A stretch of 64,000 nucleotides of DNA from Tubiluchus corallicola (taxonomy: Eukaryota; Animalia; Priapulida): assembly GCA_030141605.1 (NCBI GenBank), contig JAQGDQ010000070.1, positions 186,001-250,000 on the forward strand, read 5' to 3'. A program made the translations under genes and the position numbers. The notes under the pieces are model-generated. The model searched no databases, was not told where the DNA came from, and saw nothing but the letters and a program-made list of their open reading frames with translations. Shown here piece after piece: positions 14,962 to 29,675 of this stretch (position 1 is the stretch's first letter; every line of letters begins with the position of its first letter).

Positions 14962-17900
14962 GATTATTGATAGTCTCACGTATTGAATCAACAGTAACTG
15001 AAGCTACTATATGAATTGATTTTCTAACTATTTTTACGTCAAGCCTTTACTTGGAGTTGCGGAACTGCTCAAAATCTCTCCGTCTCAGAAGAACACAAAA
15101 GAACAATACCAGGCATACAGTTTTCTTGTTTTTTGTGGAATTCAATAACTTTCCATTGATTTTTCTTGTATGCACATTTAAGACCGCATAGTGAGTAATT
15201 AAGACTGATTATCCTCTTTTAGTTTTTTTTGGTATTTCTATATTTACAAAATAAATTATTCTTCATGCGCTGGGCATGAAGCTGCTGTAATTCTGTATTA
15301 TGTTGTCGGATTAACATTGTATATTGCAATAAAGAATTAGACATTCGTTTCCGTTGTAGGCTACCAACCATTTCTATGAACAGGCAAATTTTAACCAAGG
15401 ACAGTCCAAGGAGAATGCTACATTTTTTAAACATTCATTGTATTCGACGTTTTTGCAGTTTTGTATTCCAGAACTACAAGTCCCCATCAATAATCCAGAA
15501 ATAAAATTGTCTGCGTACGAAAAACGCTGATTATCCTGTTAAAAGCTGTTACAGGTTTTTGGTAATTCTACTTTTGCAAAGCAAAGCAAGTCTTTTCTAT
15601 GCGCTGAATATGTTTATTTATTTATTTAAGTTCAAGTTCAATGTACTTATTTATTTGTTAAAGAGAGTGAACAGGAAATATTGAAGTACATCCCAAAGAA
15701 CATATTACTTGGCATTGCCCTTACCCGTTTGAAAGGCATGGCACTGCAGAAGGAAATTCTTAATAATTTAAAGCAATACCGGACCCAATCTTAAACTGTA
15801 GTTCAAAACAAACTACTCTTTAAAATACTGAAAGGAAACTTACTATTTTCTGAAAGATGATTTACGTGAAAGAATCAGTACCACACAAACACAATTTCAC
15901 GTTCGCGCCACTAGTTCTTCGCTGTTACAGGCATTTCGCTTTTCGCTAGTTAGACGGGCACCAGCACCTGCATTTCGAAAACGCATTGCACAAAGACATG
16001 TGCTGTAGATCTCAGTTCAGAAGTGTTAGTTTGTGACGAACTACACACGCTCGACAGCACAGCGGTAAATTTGAAATTCAAATTTTTATCTTAAAACTTG
16101 CCTAGTTTTAACACAGCACATCGAATACCATACAGTAGCACTGTACTTCAATTTTCGCCTTTGCACTTTCACCACGCTTGTGGAATATTTTTGCTATTGT
16201 AAATTACGTTAGTTTGTGATGTTATCAATAGTTGGGCGGGCCAGCCGTTAATTAAATTTTTAATTTATTATTTAATTATGAGAAACGCTTTTGCAGTACT
16301 AATTGTGTCAAAATGTATGCTTTTTATCGGACTTGAAAATAGGGTAATATGTGAAAAATCATCCTGTCTTTCTTGAAATGTGGGAAAGTATACCTCTTTC
16401 CTACAGTGCACTTATTTGAGAGGAAAAACTATGTTCCCTATAGCCTTTGGTGTCTGGGGAGTAACCCGTATCGTCTACTTTAGGCAAATCAGGCTTCTCC
16501 CAATCATTTAATTTCTGCCTTGGACTTTATAGCAAGCCTCATTCATACGACACATTTAATACATACTTGCACAATAGAACTACAGAAGCAATTATGTAAA
16601 CATTATCGTAGGTACTTCCTACAGTTACTCATATGAAGCAAATATTTAATTTGCTACTCAGTAATGTATTTCCGAAATCATCCTCTATACATGCATGTAT
16701 CTACAACACGGTTTCTTTAGGCACGTGTGCTCTTCCCAGCTAATTTCTTTTGCATTTTTCACCGCACCGCATCTAATATAATCCTCAATATTAATTACAT
16801 CGCTGTGCTTTGACACGCTTTGACAACTTCGTGCGTGCATGTGAAAGGGAACTATGTCTTAATATTTACCGTGTAGATTCGATACTTGTATTCGATGTTT
16901 GGCAAACTGTCGTTTTAGTGCAATTTGCAGTTGAAAAAGGTCGGCCATTGATGACAACAAAGTTTTTCGGTTATTTTGGGGTTTGTGCTAACAATATGCA
17001 GTTCAAAAAGTAACAATTTCAAAATGTTTTATTGACACTACAAATTAAGCTATTCAAATCGTTCAATTTTGCGCTCCATATTTAATTTTTCCTTGGCCTA
17101 AATCTTCAGGCGATACATTCAGTACATTTTGGCTTCTCGACGAAAGTTTGACTAAGTTACCACTGATACTTCTGTCAAACAGATAGGCGGTTGTCAAACT
17201 GTAATGGCGACTAGGTAAGAGTGCATAATTTCGGTCAGTCATATTTTCTATAGAATCCAAAAGCAGATATCTTGATAACTGTTGCCATAATGCTTGTAAC
17301 ACAGGAAAGCAGCGGTTGTCCGATACGTATGCGGGCCTGCTGAAATTTAGTGTGATTACTGCGATATGATTATAGCGGTAATGAATTCATAATTTATCAC
17401 CATTATAATGCTTTTCTTTCTGAATTTCACACTGTCCCTAATTAACTGTTGCTACATTGGTGTGTAGCCACAGTTTTTTTATCGTATTTGATATAGACTT
17501 TTTTATAATGCATAAATCGGCTGTTGCAGTGGCAGCAGCAATGGCGACAGTAACAGGCGTGGTCATCATTGGTAACGGTTAGGGCAGTGCAAGATGGTGT
17601 TGCTGCAATTTACTTGCCCATTTTCTTGCCGTTATCATAACGCATACACATCTTGTGTGGCAGAGACTATTGTCGCTGCTACTAATGACGTTAAGCCGTA
17701 TAAGTGGCGATAGCGATAGGCATTTCTTGTTGTTGTTGTCGCTCTCGCTGTCGCTGTCGGTGTACAGTACTCACTGGATATAACAGTTGCTCGTTATAGC
17801 AGTGTTAGGATGCGATGTAGAACGCGACAATTTTTGATTATCCGATTCACTCTACTACATTTGACATACGTCCGAATTAATAGCTTTGGTCGGCATGTCG

Positions 17901-20856
17901 AATGTCTCGTTTGTCTCATATAAATAATATCGGCGGAATACTAATTACTGATCTACTAGATTAACCCTTTAGTTCCAAGGTAAAGTAGGCAAATGGGAAA
18001 TAAGTAATGGTACTATACTACTAGAATTAGATGGAAATGCATAGTGAAGACAGTTGAGCATTTACGAAAATCGATATCAATAAACTTTTTGAACAATTAG
18101 GCTATACCATAGTAAAGTCCACATTTACTGGTTGTTTATCCAATAAGATTTTTTGTATTGAGTGGGAGTGCCCCACAGTTAAACTGACTATCCTTCCTCC
18201 AATTAATGCTTTTTAGCAACAGCTACTCCCTCCAAATTCACTGATCCGGAATGTCGAATATGAAACAGTTTTCCCTGTCCCGAAAGTCACTTTCCCAGTT
18301 TTCTATCTATTTCACCTCTAACCAAGGTTTGCTTCTAGTATTTCTGCCCTTTTCACTTTCAGCCACACTGGTTACAGCCTGTTCCACGTTTTCAAATTCT
18401 AAAGTTGATTAGACTAACCAGATCTTTAACTTAGGATCACTACAACAGTGTATGAGCATGTACGGAACATTACCCTCCTATGTTTACTATATAAAAACTT
18501 ATGATCAATTTGCAAGCGGTTACCAAAATTGGCAGTTTGGCACTCAAAAGCATTACATTTTAATCAGTGCTACTAACGTAACTGCACTAAGTTTAGCACT
18601 GCGCAATAAGCCATTTCACAGTTCTAACGATTGACGATGATCGTGAAAAGGTCAAAGGTTAAGTGTACCAGACAACGCATTTGAGTGACAACACCTCGCA
18701 GCCCATGCTGCTGTAATAGTAACAGTCTTAACAGCTGGCTAGAACCTTACCTAGTTCATTTTTTCGTGTTCCCAAGCAAGATCCTGATAGTAAATCACTC
18801 TATGTACAGATTAATGCACACTTAAGTAAAGTCCAATTAAAACAGCTGAAGCTGCAGCCTGCTGACGGCTTTGCTTTACCCACATGTCACGTGACGGTTG
18901 TAGTTACCCCTAACCTTTGACCTACGAAACTGCGAAAAGGCTTATTAATTTCTCGCGCACTGTTCTATCATTCGTAGATTATTGGCTGACTTAATAGATT
19001 TAAAAATTCTGTTAATATTATATGCTGCTAATAAAGGTCATTTACCTAGAAATTTACAAAAGAGATTTTCCTTTATTAGTAATCTAATTAAAATTCTAAC
19101 ACAGCGGGGCAGTTGCAAAATAGCATGTGTGCATATTTTTGGAAAACGGTCAAAAAGAAATTCTTAGAGAAATATAGATAATTGATGTCATTTTATGTAC
19201 GTTATATAGTCTAAACATATTTAAATGTGCATTTACTGTATTTTAAACATGTTTTTAATATGTGCATCACCTTTTAACTAGATGAAATATATTACAAAAA
19301 TTATTTTTATTAATCACGTTCATTAACTTATCTGAGAGGGGACAGACTATGTAACTATTACACTTCATCCTCTATACATTTCATACATTAAATTAAATCG
19401 TATATTATTTTAAATTGTGATTTTAATATCCATCGCTATCTTAAAAATCATTATTTGCCATGTAGATTTTATGTATGTATGAAATAAACTGACTTAGTAT
19501 TATTTTGTTAAACGCTAAGAGGATATAGAATGACCTACCAAAATACGCTCATCTTTGCGTATTAGAACCTGAGTAAGTTTGCCTGCCCAAATTCTTAAAA
19601 TCTTCTACTCACTAACTCATCTTTTTAACACAAAAACGTTTTGCCTATGACGAGCAATGCCAGTCTAGTCGCTTCTGATGTCACTCTCCCATTTCACGTC
19701 TCTTGTACAAGAAATTAGTTCTGTTTTGGCTACACAGTAAATGTAAATTTGCAATGATGTATGAACAAAAACACTGTTACACAAGATACAAGACTTGAGT
19801 ATCAACCCAAAGTTCATCCTACAACAGATAAATTGCACGAATTTTCTGTTGACACAAATTATCACGTTTTCGTGTAACGACGCATTTCCACTGCCACTCT
19901 CTTCTGAAACGTAAATACGAAATGAAAAACATTATTGGCAGAATTATTATTTTTAATTTGGCGACTCAAAAGCGACTGTAGTAATTGTGAAAGCAGTTTA
20001 CTGCGTGGATGCTAACATCAAATGATAAGCTAGCTAACGGCGAATAATGATAAGCTATATTGGATTTCGCAAACTTACGCAGCTCTGAGCGTCAGCTCTT
20101 ATTCGTACAATAATCTTGACAGGTAGGCCTGCTATACAAACTGCTAATAACTGGGCGACAGAAATAGCTTGCGCGCCGATTACTCTCAAAATGTAATAGA
20201 TCAAGGGTAGCATTTTTTTTTACTATATTTTACGAATGCTTGGGAGATTTCTTGTGAATTTCGCGCGTTAAAATCATCAATTATTTTTAAAAAAAAACAT
20301 TGTCTGCTGTCAAAGCCAGGGCTATTTTGCGTCATCGGACCCTTATTTGATGTCTTGAGATTTCTTTAACCATATCAGTGTTTAGCATTGGCAGACTTTT
20401 TAGGACAAATTTAATTGTTACGTATTACTATATATAAATATTTGCGACAATCCATATATGTCGACTTGTCATTGGATGGCTAAAAACGACAGCCTAACGC
20501 CGTTTGTATGATGCCATGCAAAATAACTCGTATTTAGGAACAGCTGTCTAATCGATGGCACTATTGATAGATCTTAAAATGTAAACAACACAATTCCTTT
20601 TGGTGTACAATTGCCGAATTGAAGGCCACCTGTTCACAGCCCTTGTTCTAACAATAATAATGTGTTTACAGAATGTCAGCTAGTCATCAATAACTATTGT
20701 AAGCCCCATCATGAATAAAATAATGTATATCACAAAGATTCTGTTATACATTTGCTCAGCGTTTGAACAAGATTCGAATAGCGAACAAAGCAAGAGGGTA
20801 AACATTGCTCAGCCTGGCAAATGTTTGTATTGTGTTAATTAGCAGAATTAGCAGAC

Positions 20857-21021
<165 letters not shown>

Positions 21022-22310
21022 AAATCTTTTTATTTAAAATGAAAATTATTTGCTCTCTATTTTGCACGAATAGTTACATCACTTAGTATGAAAAATAATA
21101 TTAAATGTATAGTAACATTTACTAGTCGCAGTAGTTTATACAGGCAAAATTTAATAGTAATTTTTAAGCCAAAGTTTATAATTAATTTAGTAACTTCATT
21201 CTCTCTATAAATACGTGCATGTTTATGTAATCGTCTGAGTATGATGTATTATGTATGAATTTAAAAACAGATGCAGCTAATAAATCTTTGTTTCCACTAG
21301 TAAAATAATGACACACGAAGACAAAAAAACAAGTAAATGACTCTCTCTTATTTGTGTTAACAAGGGGGCAATTTGAACGTTTGCAGATTGTCTAGATGTT
21401 GTACATTCACATGTGTTAAAAAGTGAATATCCAATAAAAAATAGCCTGTCCTAGCGTAAAACCATAGAGCTTTGGACAGTCACCATAGGATCATGATATA
21501 AAAAATCAGGACTCAGAGCTGATTATTATTCGAGTTTTCAAGGCACAGTGTACTGTTGCGACATCTATGTGACAATACGTGTAACTGGGAACACGTCTGT
21601 AACTAGAAATTGCCTATTTCATGTTTCTTATATTTGAGATCACATGTGACAGCTGAAAGAAATGTTTACGATCTACAGTTGAATCACAGTATTTATTGTT
21701 AAATTAACTCACTATCAGTGGCTGCTACACCTAATAATCAAACTAATGATGTTTTTTAATCATGCATGCTGTAGAAGCACCTAAAATTATAGACTCCACC
21801 ACCGATTTAAAGAGGTTAATAAATGCCGGTAAACTAAAATCATTATACCAAAGGATATTAAATTTTGCATTAATTATTTTTTATTAACAGCCAACAGTTC
21901 GATGCCCATTTTCTAATATCATTAATGCGTAGCTGCATGAATTCTTAGATCCTGCATGACGCAGAACACAGCAGTACCCTGAAACGCTGTATTTTTCATT
22001 TCTTTGTCGGTTTTTTATCAACAGTTAACCGATAATAAAAGGATGGCTTGCTAAATTACAAACTTTAGGTTTTTGTCAGCACTTTACTTATTAAACATCA
22101 TTCCGCAGAGTTCTGACAATTATTTTATAATAATGTTTGCTATCGCTTGGTGGCGCAAAGAGCCTAACTGATACCAATTTGCTCGTTGGCTCTTCGGCGC
22201 ACCGTAGTCGCAGTTACTCTCAAAAATTACTACGTCTGCGCCACCTGCGCATAAACAAATTGGTCTGGTTGTATAAAAGTTTGTGTTAATTTACTAGAAA
22301 TTCAGCAACT

Positions 22311-22422
22311 ATGGAGTATCTGCAACGGTTGTTTTTTGGTGGATTAATTATTAGTTTTTGCTGCAGCGTCGGAGCTTATCTTAACTTATTTATGAGCAAG
22401 GAGGAAGTTGTAAGGCTTTTAG
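22311..22422 (+). CDS. RYK: RYK/derailed coding exon 1 (signal peptide plus start of the WIF domain)
   Basis: Reads MEYLQRLFFGGLIISFCCSVGA-YLNLFMSKEEVVRLL-G, then a GTACGT donor at 22423 (phase 1). LNLF...EVxRLLG is the RYK/Drl WIF start and joins in frame to the exon at 63700. Not in the ORF track. Confidence 0.88.
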
Positions 22423-25400
22423 GTACGTTATATTACAAAATTTTACGATAACACCCTGCATGTTTATTGTTAAATTCTGTAGCCATTTGTTTTATTTTTA
22501 ATATCGGTTCTTATGAAGACATTCCCTTGAATCAGAAGTATGGCGGATTCAACAACCATTGATGTTTTTCGTTCTTGTTCTCTCTATTGTTTTCTTCTTT
22601 GGCTTTCTTTAATATTACATAATGACGTGCCATATTCGTATGTGTACTATATATATATATGTGTGTGTGTGAGTACCGTCTATTCTACGCAGAAATAGAT
22701 CAGCAAAGTAATCATTCTATGTACATATTGTGCAGCATAATCATTAATTTTTATTCTTTTTGAAAAACTATATAATGTCAACCACAGCACTTAAAAGCAT
22801 TAAATAGTTGGATAGTTTTTCAAAAGGAATAAAAATACAAAAGGTTTTCTGTTGATGTTTTTTAATGTACCAATACCAAGCCAAATGCTGTATCTTGCTG
22901 TTAGACTGCAAGGTGCTATACATATTTCTTCAGTTTATCTAGTGATCTTAGTTCACTGTGTGACATTTGTCCAGAAAGCTACATCTGGCGCTGAATGATT
23001 TTTGTGGCTCAACAACCTTGTGTTTAAATGTGCGAAGTGGTTAAAGTTGGCTGCAAAGTGGAATCATAAAATTTCAGTTAGAGATGCAAGTGCCTGTATC
23101 AGTTTTTGGTATTTCTGAAGTCTTCCTTGCCTGTTAAATGTAACGTTATTTATGTAATTTCCGTTACAAAACTGAATTCCATAGATTCTTTACTGGTTTG
23201 TAGCTATAATGTTTACTAAGTGTAAGATCACTGTGAATGACAGATTTTATTTCAAATGGCACTAACAGATGGCATGCACAAAAATAAAAACCATAAAAAT
23301 AACAAGTGAATTTATTAATGTAAACCGAGTTATGAAGTTATGGTGTTACACCATATTCTACAATTTTCCCAAGTATTGAAGGTTTAACTTGTACAATCCA
23401 ACATGTTCATATTTCTGAAGCTTTTTGTAAAGCATGACAACTGAGCTATCTGGAAATATCTACATCTGAAAGACTTTATAATGATGATACTCATAGTTCT
23501 CAACTTCAACATCATGGACTTGGCATTTGTATGTCTTTGTTATGAAATGTGATCACGACCTTACGATTTTTAGCATTGGGTAATAACCAATGTTAAAATT
23601 TAACAGTATTCATTGTGCAAGGATTTCTTAATTATGCATGAGCTAGAATAATTTTTGTACGGTGTCTGTGCCAAACTGCCAGTCACATTTACTTTCAAGA
23701 ATTTCATGTATTGCCACTGTACATTTACAGCATTTGGAACGTAATGAAATTACAACAGTTGTCAATGCATAATTACTAAATGTTTGTCCTGGTCATGGTT
23801 AAAATTTCGCTTGAAATTCATCAAAATCTAAAAAACTGTGACTCAACCAGTCATTACTGTTCTGTTTTTTTCTAAAACCATTAGAAAAACAGTACAAACG
23901 ATATGTATTACATTTATTAGAGCTGTATTTAGTTCCGGTTTTGGACGTACAAATTAGGACTAATGTAAATGATATTTCATTTGTTTAGCCTTTTGTTCAT
24001 GTGGTAGCATCATCTGTCCATTTTCAGGGTCACTGGATAATTTTAAAGGGAAACATGCAAACACTGATGTAACGTAATGAAAACTTGATAAATCATTGGT
24101 TTGAACTAAAAAAGCACCAAACTACACGTTTACTGGAAGTAGATGGCTCTAAACTTTTAGGAGATGTTTTTATGGCAATGACACTGAAGATTTTAATAAA
24201 ATTCTTCATACTTTTTAAAAAATTAACACTTTTCAGGTAATTAAACTGTTTTGTATATTTTTTCTTATCCACTCTAATTTTTTCACAATAGGTGATTTTA
24301 CACATAAAAAATAGATAGACGAACGGTGCAAAATCCGACAAACAAAATTACCAGATCTCGGGATCTGGAAACTGATCCAGTGCATCCTTAACACTTATTA
24401 ATGTATTGTATGTGTATCTCACTTGTTTTGTGCGAAACTGGTTTGATGAGCCTTCATGGGAAACTTGCAGAAATGAGCAGAGAAGCATTTCAACAAAACC
24501 CTGTAATCTCACATACATTTATTTTAAAGCTGCAGTCAGCCGTACAAAAACTATATTTATTTTCAGTCAGCTTATGGCTGACACATTAAGTTATAATCAT
24601 TTTTAATTTCATTTAATTCACCATTACCACTGAATTTAATTTAATTAATTAATTCAATTCAAACATTTATTCATCTCTGCCACAGCATTATAAACAATGA
24701 TCGTTTATGTAGACAATGAACAGACAGGTGGCAAAAACAAATGCCATCTACTCGTTTATTCATCTGTCAAGTTAAAATTGTATAAAACTTGCTTACATAT
24801 GAAGTCTAGTATTAGGTTTAAACAATAAAATAAATAATTGGAATAAAGTAATACGAAATCTTTTTGTTGGCACATATTTGTCATAGTTAAACAATACAAG
24901 TCATATTAGTTCCATAATGAAAAAATGGGTGATGGTACTTGTTCAGATACTGGTATAGAATAGAATAGAATAGAATAGAAAATATATTTATTTCTTCGAT
25001 ACATACATGTTATTTTCATTATGGTGCGAGTTTTATTATAAATGTGAAATTAATAAAATACACAGAAGCTATTAAAAATGCTGCAGACTATTATATGTTA
25101 AACTAAGATTAAGTATAAAAAATAATAATAAAAGTGCAATTTAAAACTTAAATGTAGTGTAAATCATTGACTAATACCACAAACAACTAATTGTCAATTA
25201 AGAAAATGTAATCGAAACAAAAGGATAAAAGCTATGAATGCTAATATATTGTAAACATTGTTAATATATATTGTTAATACATGTATTGCTGTTCCTTTGC
25301 ACTTTTGGGCTTCTTGATTCAACAAACTTGTTCGTTGATGTTTAAATGCATTTATTCTTTAATATTGTTTTTATCTTTAATTTATTTTTAATTTTGAATT

Positions 25401-26773
25401 AAATGTAAGATTTAATTTATCACGTTTTTGAAAAGCCTGATGCTCTACTTGTCTCTGGAGTTTTTTTGATCATTTTGAATTCTCGATATTTATACTGGGG
25501 ACGGGATTGTGATCAATGGTTAAGCATGTAATCTAGTCTACTATACGTCCTGTTTGACCTCTGTCGATGACTAACCAGTGACCAATGGGTACTGTTTAGT
25601 GATTAATGATTTCTGTAAACCTTTTAGGTAATGATTGTCCATTGGGTTGGATAATCAAATTTTTGTTGATTAGTTTTCCAACTGACTAACTAAGTAATCG
25701 AAGAACAGTGTTAAGCTGTGTTGGAGGAGCCAAATTAAACTCTGAAAGTTGCTAGTGCTTTAAAGCAAAATGTATGTTGTGAATTCATATTCTTGTTTAT
25801 ATAGAGAATCTTGTCTATTTCTGAGTTCTGAGAGCATTAGCAGTACCTATTCATCAAATTCTATTGACCAAGACTCAGATTGACTGCTAAACAAACTCTG
25901 GAATTTTTTGTGTTTTTTGTTTTATTTTTTTTTATTTTGATTTTTTTGGTACTGTATCCAATAATATTAGCATAATTATATGCACTAATTAGGTCATAGA
26001 ATTAAAAAATTTTGTATATGCAAGTAAGTTTGATGAAATTTCCATTGGAAGCCTGAGTATTGAAAAGCTCATAATCGTATGTAATATTGCATATTTATTA
26101 CTAATAGAAATTGTGTTTTTCTGGTAGTGACGTTGGTGATGATAAATACATGTAATGCTCACCAAAGAAACTAACTTCAAATTTCTGGCATATACATAGA
26201 GAAAGAATGATGCAAGCCACACTGAATCACAACAACTAATGCAATCATTAAACGGCTTACCCTTGTCACAGCTAATGAGCCAATTTATCAGATACTTGTC
26301 AGCCATCTTTGATTGATTCCTAATTACCGAAGGCAGCATAAGAATCCTGAATTTTTTTCTCTATCTCTCCTGTCTTGCAAAATGGCTTCATTGCGGAAAT
26401 CATTTGTCTCAGATGACCTTCAAGTTGATTTATAGTACTTGCCAAAGAAAGATGAGAGTAACTGTTTATGATTATAATCCAACTTTTTCTCAGGATGAAG
26501 CAGTGGTTTTTCTCTCTCCTCTCTGCCTTTGTCTGTCTTTCTTTCTTAGTCTCTCTTTGACTCTATGGGTTGTCTCTCTTTCCGAGCCTTGTTTTAAAAT
26601 TTTCACAAATAGTCTATTTTAGTTAATATCTTACATTATGCCCTAAACTGTGGTTTAAAACTCATAGGAACCATTACTGCTAAATTTTCATGTACTCAAT
26701 CGTTTCAGACAGTATGTGCTTGCAACATTTGGTTTTAGCCATTGAGCGAGTAGCGCTATTCTTGCAGCCACGT

Positions 26774-26812
26774 TCTCTCTCTCTCTCTCTCGCCTTCTCT
26801 CTCTCTCTCTCG

Positions 26813-26846
<34 letters not shown>
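26774..26846. repeat. (CT)n microsatellite
   Basis: Directly visible. Explains the RE/SL ORFs. Confidence 0.95.
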
Positions 26847-26852
<6 letters not shown>

Positions 26853-29639
26853 GTCGCATGTCTCTCTTTCCGAGTGTTGTTTTAAATTAACCACAAGTAG
26901 CCCATCTTAATAGAACTTTAAATCTCCTTGCAAGCACTACTACTAGATTCTCCCCCACTCCATTGTTTCACACAGTACGTGCTTGTGTCACTTTTTTCTA
27001 GCCACTCGCCGTTTGCCGCTGAATGATTGGTATCTCTTTTATCTTGATTCCAAGAGCTATGAGCGAGTAGCTCTGGGCTTCTTGTATCCAATCTTACCTC
27101 ATCTGTGAATGCCTCCAGGTCTTCTGCAGTAAACTGGCTTCATCAGGCATCCAGCTCTCTCACTCTTTATTAAATATTAGTCTCGTTAGGTAATAATTGC
27201 CACAAAGGTGCCGCCTAGGCAATGAGCAATTTTGACGCATGACTCAGTTCGATTATTAATTATTGGCCAGCGCGATATACGCAGCGTCGTTATTTGCAGC
27301 TGGTAAACCATTTCTGACGATAGTAATTAAAGCGTTGACATCAATCACACATTTCAAACAACATTAACGCGCTAGGAGGGAAAAGAGCAGTTTTTGCTCA
27401 ACATGGCTTAGTATTTCATACGGTTTTAACATAACATCAGCTAACAAACTCATTAAATTGCGCAAAGGTTACTGTAAGACAAAACAGGAAGCTTTCGTAC
27501 CAGTATGCGGAAGAAACACTTAGAAAATGTAGCTTATCGTTAATTCTCTATTGATGCTGTTGCCGCTGTCGAAAAAACTGACCACTGACCAGCCATTGAC
27601 CAGTGAATCCTGAACAAGAGAGACGAATCGATAACATGTTATTGAGCCTAAGACAATGAGACGTGGCAATTTCGAATAGGGGACTCAAATCGGGATTGAT
27701 TTTAGTTTTGGAGAAACTTTAATATCCGGTTTTTAAAATGAAAATTGTCCATTCTGCAAAGGAGTAAAATTTAAAAGTAACAAGCACAAACGAGGCTTGA
27801 TATAAGCAGCCAAATCAGGATGAATTGTAAGAGAAATAAAAGGATTGGAATGTCCATACATATGTACTATTTTTCCTTAGCTTCAAGATAGGTTATAACG
27901 GACGGATGTAAAAGCGCAATATATTCATCTTAAACTGAAAATTATCCATCCTGCAATCGTATTAAGAGTAACATACCCACTAGATCCGATTTGGGAATTT
28001 TTAAAATTAGCTTAGCACCTGTATCGGGTGTACCCTATACGAAAAGACTTAAATAGTAGTAATATGATCTTGGCGAATAAGTAGGTTATTTTAGATTTTA
28101 TTTGATTTTTTAGATGATTGTTTATTGTGTTGTAGCATATTGTTTACCAACAGGTTGTATCAGCATTATACTGTCTACGATTTAGTCATTTTATTGTTTA
28201 CAGCTAATGTCTTTTAATCATCTGTTTATTGTAAATTTATTGTTCAGGTTTTTAACTGCGGTTTTTATATGCAAATAAACCTTTTATTTATCTGTCTATC
28301 TATCATAACAATTAATGGATGTTGAGATTCATGTTAAACTTTTAATTAGCCTAGCAGTAATTAACAGTATATTTAGTAAGCCTTGTTTTTAAATTAAGCC
28401 CACTTGAGTATTTTACTTAATTTTGTGGGGTGTGTAGCATTAATCTCAGACTCACAATGTTGGGAATTTCGGATCGAAGTCTATTACTTTCTCGACATAA
28501 ATTCGCATAATACTAGTCACACTATTTACTACTTTTGCTTTGTTTTTTGTAATTCTAAACAGTAATTTTATTTTTTAACGGTAATCAAATTAGTAATTAG
28601 AGTCTGTCCAGCGTTTTTTTAATCGCCTGAATATAAATTTTGTGATAACGCATTTCTTTTAATAATCTAATATGATAATACCACTCTTTTTCACGCATTT
28701 CTCTGTATAACGTGTAAAATGATAATAATATTCGTATGGCTTATAATCAGTATTGTTCGGAAAATGCCTTTGTGGAGCCTTCGGTTTCGGCTGCTTTGAT
28801 GTCGGTTCGTCTGACTCAGGTAATTCAGAAACCGTCTCGTTTCTATTTAATAACATCGGCTGTAGCTGTAGCAAGGCAAAGGATAATCCCCATACATAGC
28901 TGGTTCACGCTTTTGTTCGATGCAAAATCAAGCTTTGGCTGGGTACTAGACGGTGCATTAATAACACAATAATATCCTACTTTGAACGACTTAATTAGGA
29001 TATATAACCAGGTTGTATAAAGTATTATAAACATGGCCATATGGCGTACAATTCTAAGAAATTTTAATTGAAGAATTTTATTAATGAGTTATCATTTGGC
29101 CTTGTGTGTATGAAATACAGTATGATGAAACATTTTTTTGTAAAATACAAGAATAATATGATCTACAAATAATGTAGCAGTTACAGTAACTCGCAAATTT
29201 TTAAAATATGCATCTAATATTTGCTAAAATTTATTATTAGCTATCACGCGTTCATTGTAGGTGCTGTATTTTTTATGTTCTAGACAAATAGATTCTTGTA
29301 GATAAACGCAACCCATAAAATGCCGAGATTGATATCAACGCGGATTTGGGTGTGGTGCGTCACGAGATGACAGTGATAGTGGTGTGACGCTCTTTGTGTT
29401 TCTCTAGCTTCAGCAAATGACTCGGCAGATTGGCTAAATGTTCCCCTTTCAGTATTCCTTGTTGTTACGCGTGCAAAAACAATATTATTGTGTTATTGCA
29501 CCTTTCATGCGCGATGCGTGTGTTGTACGTTGCGTGTTTGGGATTCTGAATGCATTTATTGGTTGCGCGCAGCTGTGTGATCAGTTCTGTATTGCGTCCA
29601 CTATTGCTTTGATGTCTGTCTGTGTACGTTTATCAGTGG

Positions 29640-29675
<36 letters not shown>

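Noticed and set aside
28659-28874. Short minus-strand ORF with a protein-like, Pro/Lys-rich sequence
   Set aside because: No recognisable domain or consistent splice partners. At best transposon debris.
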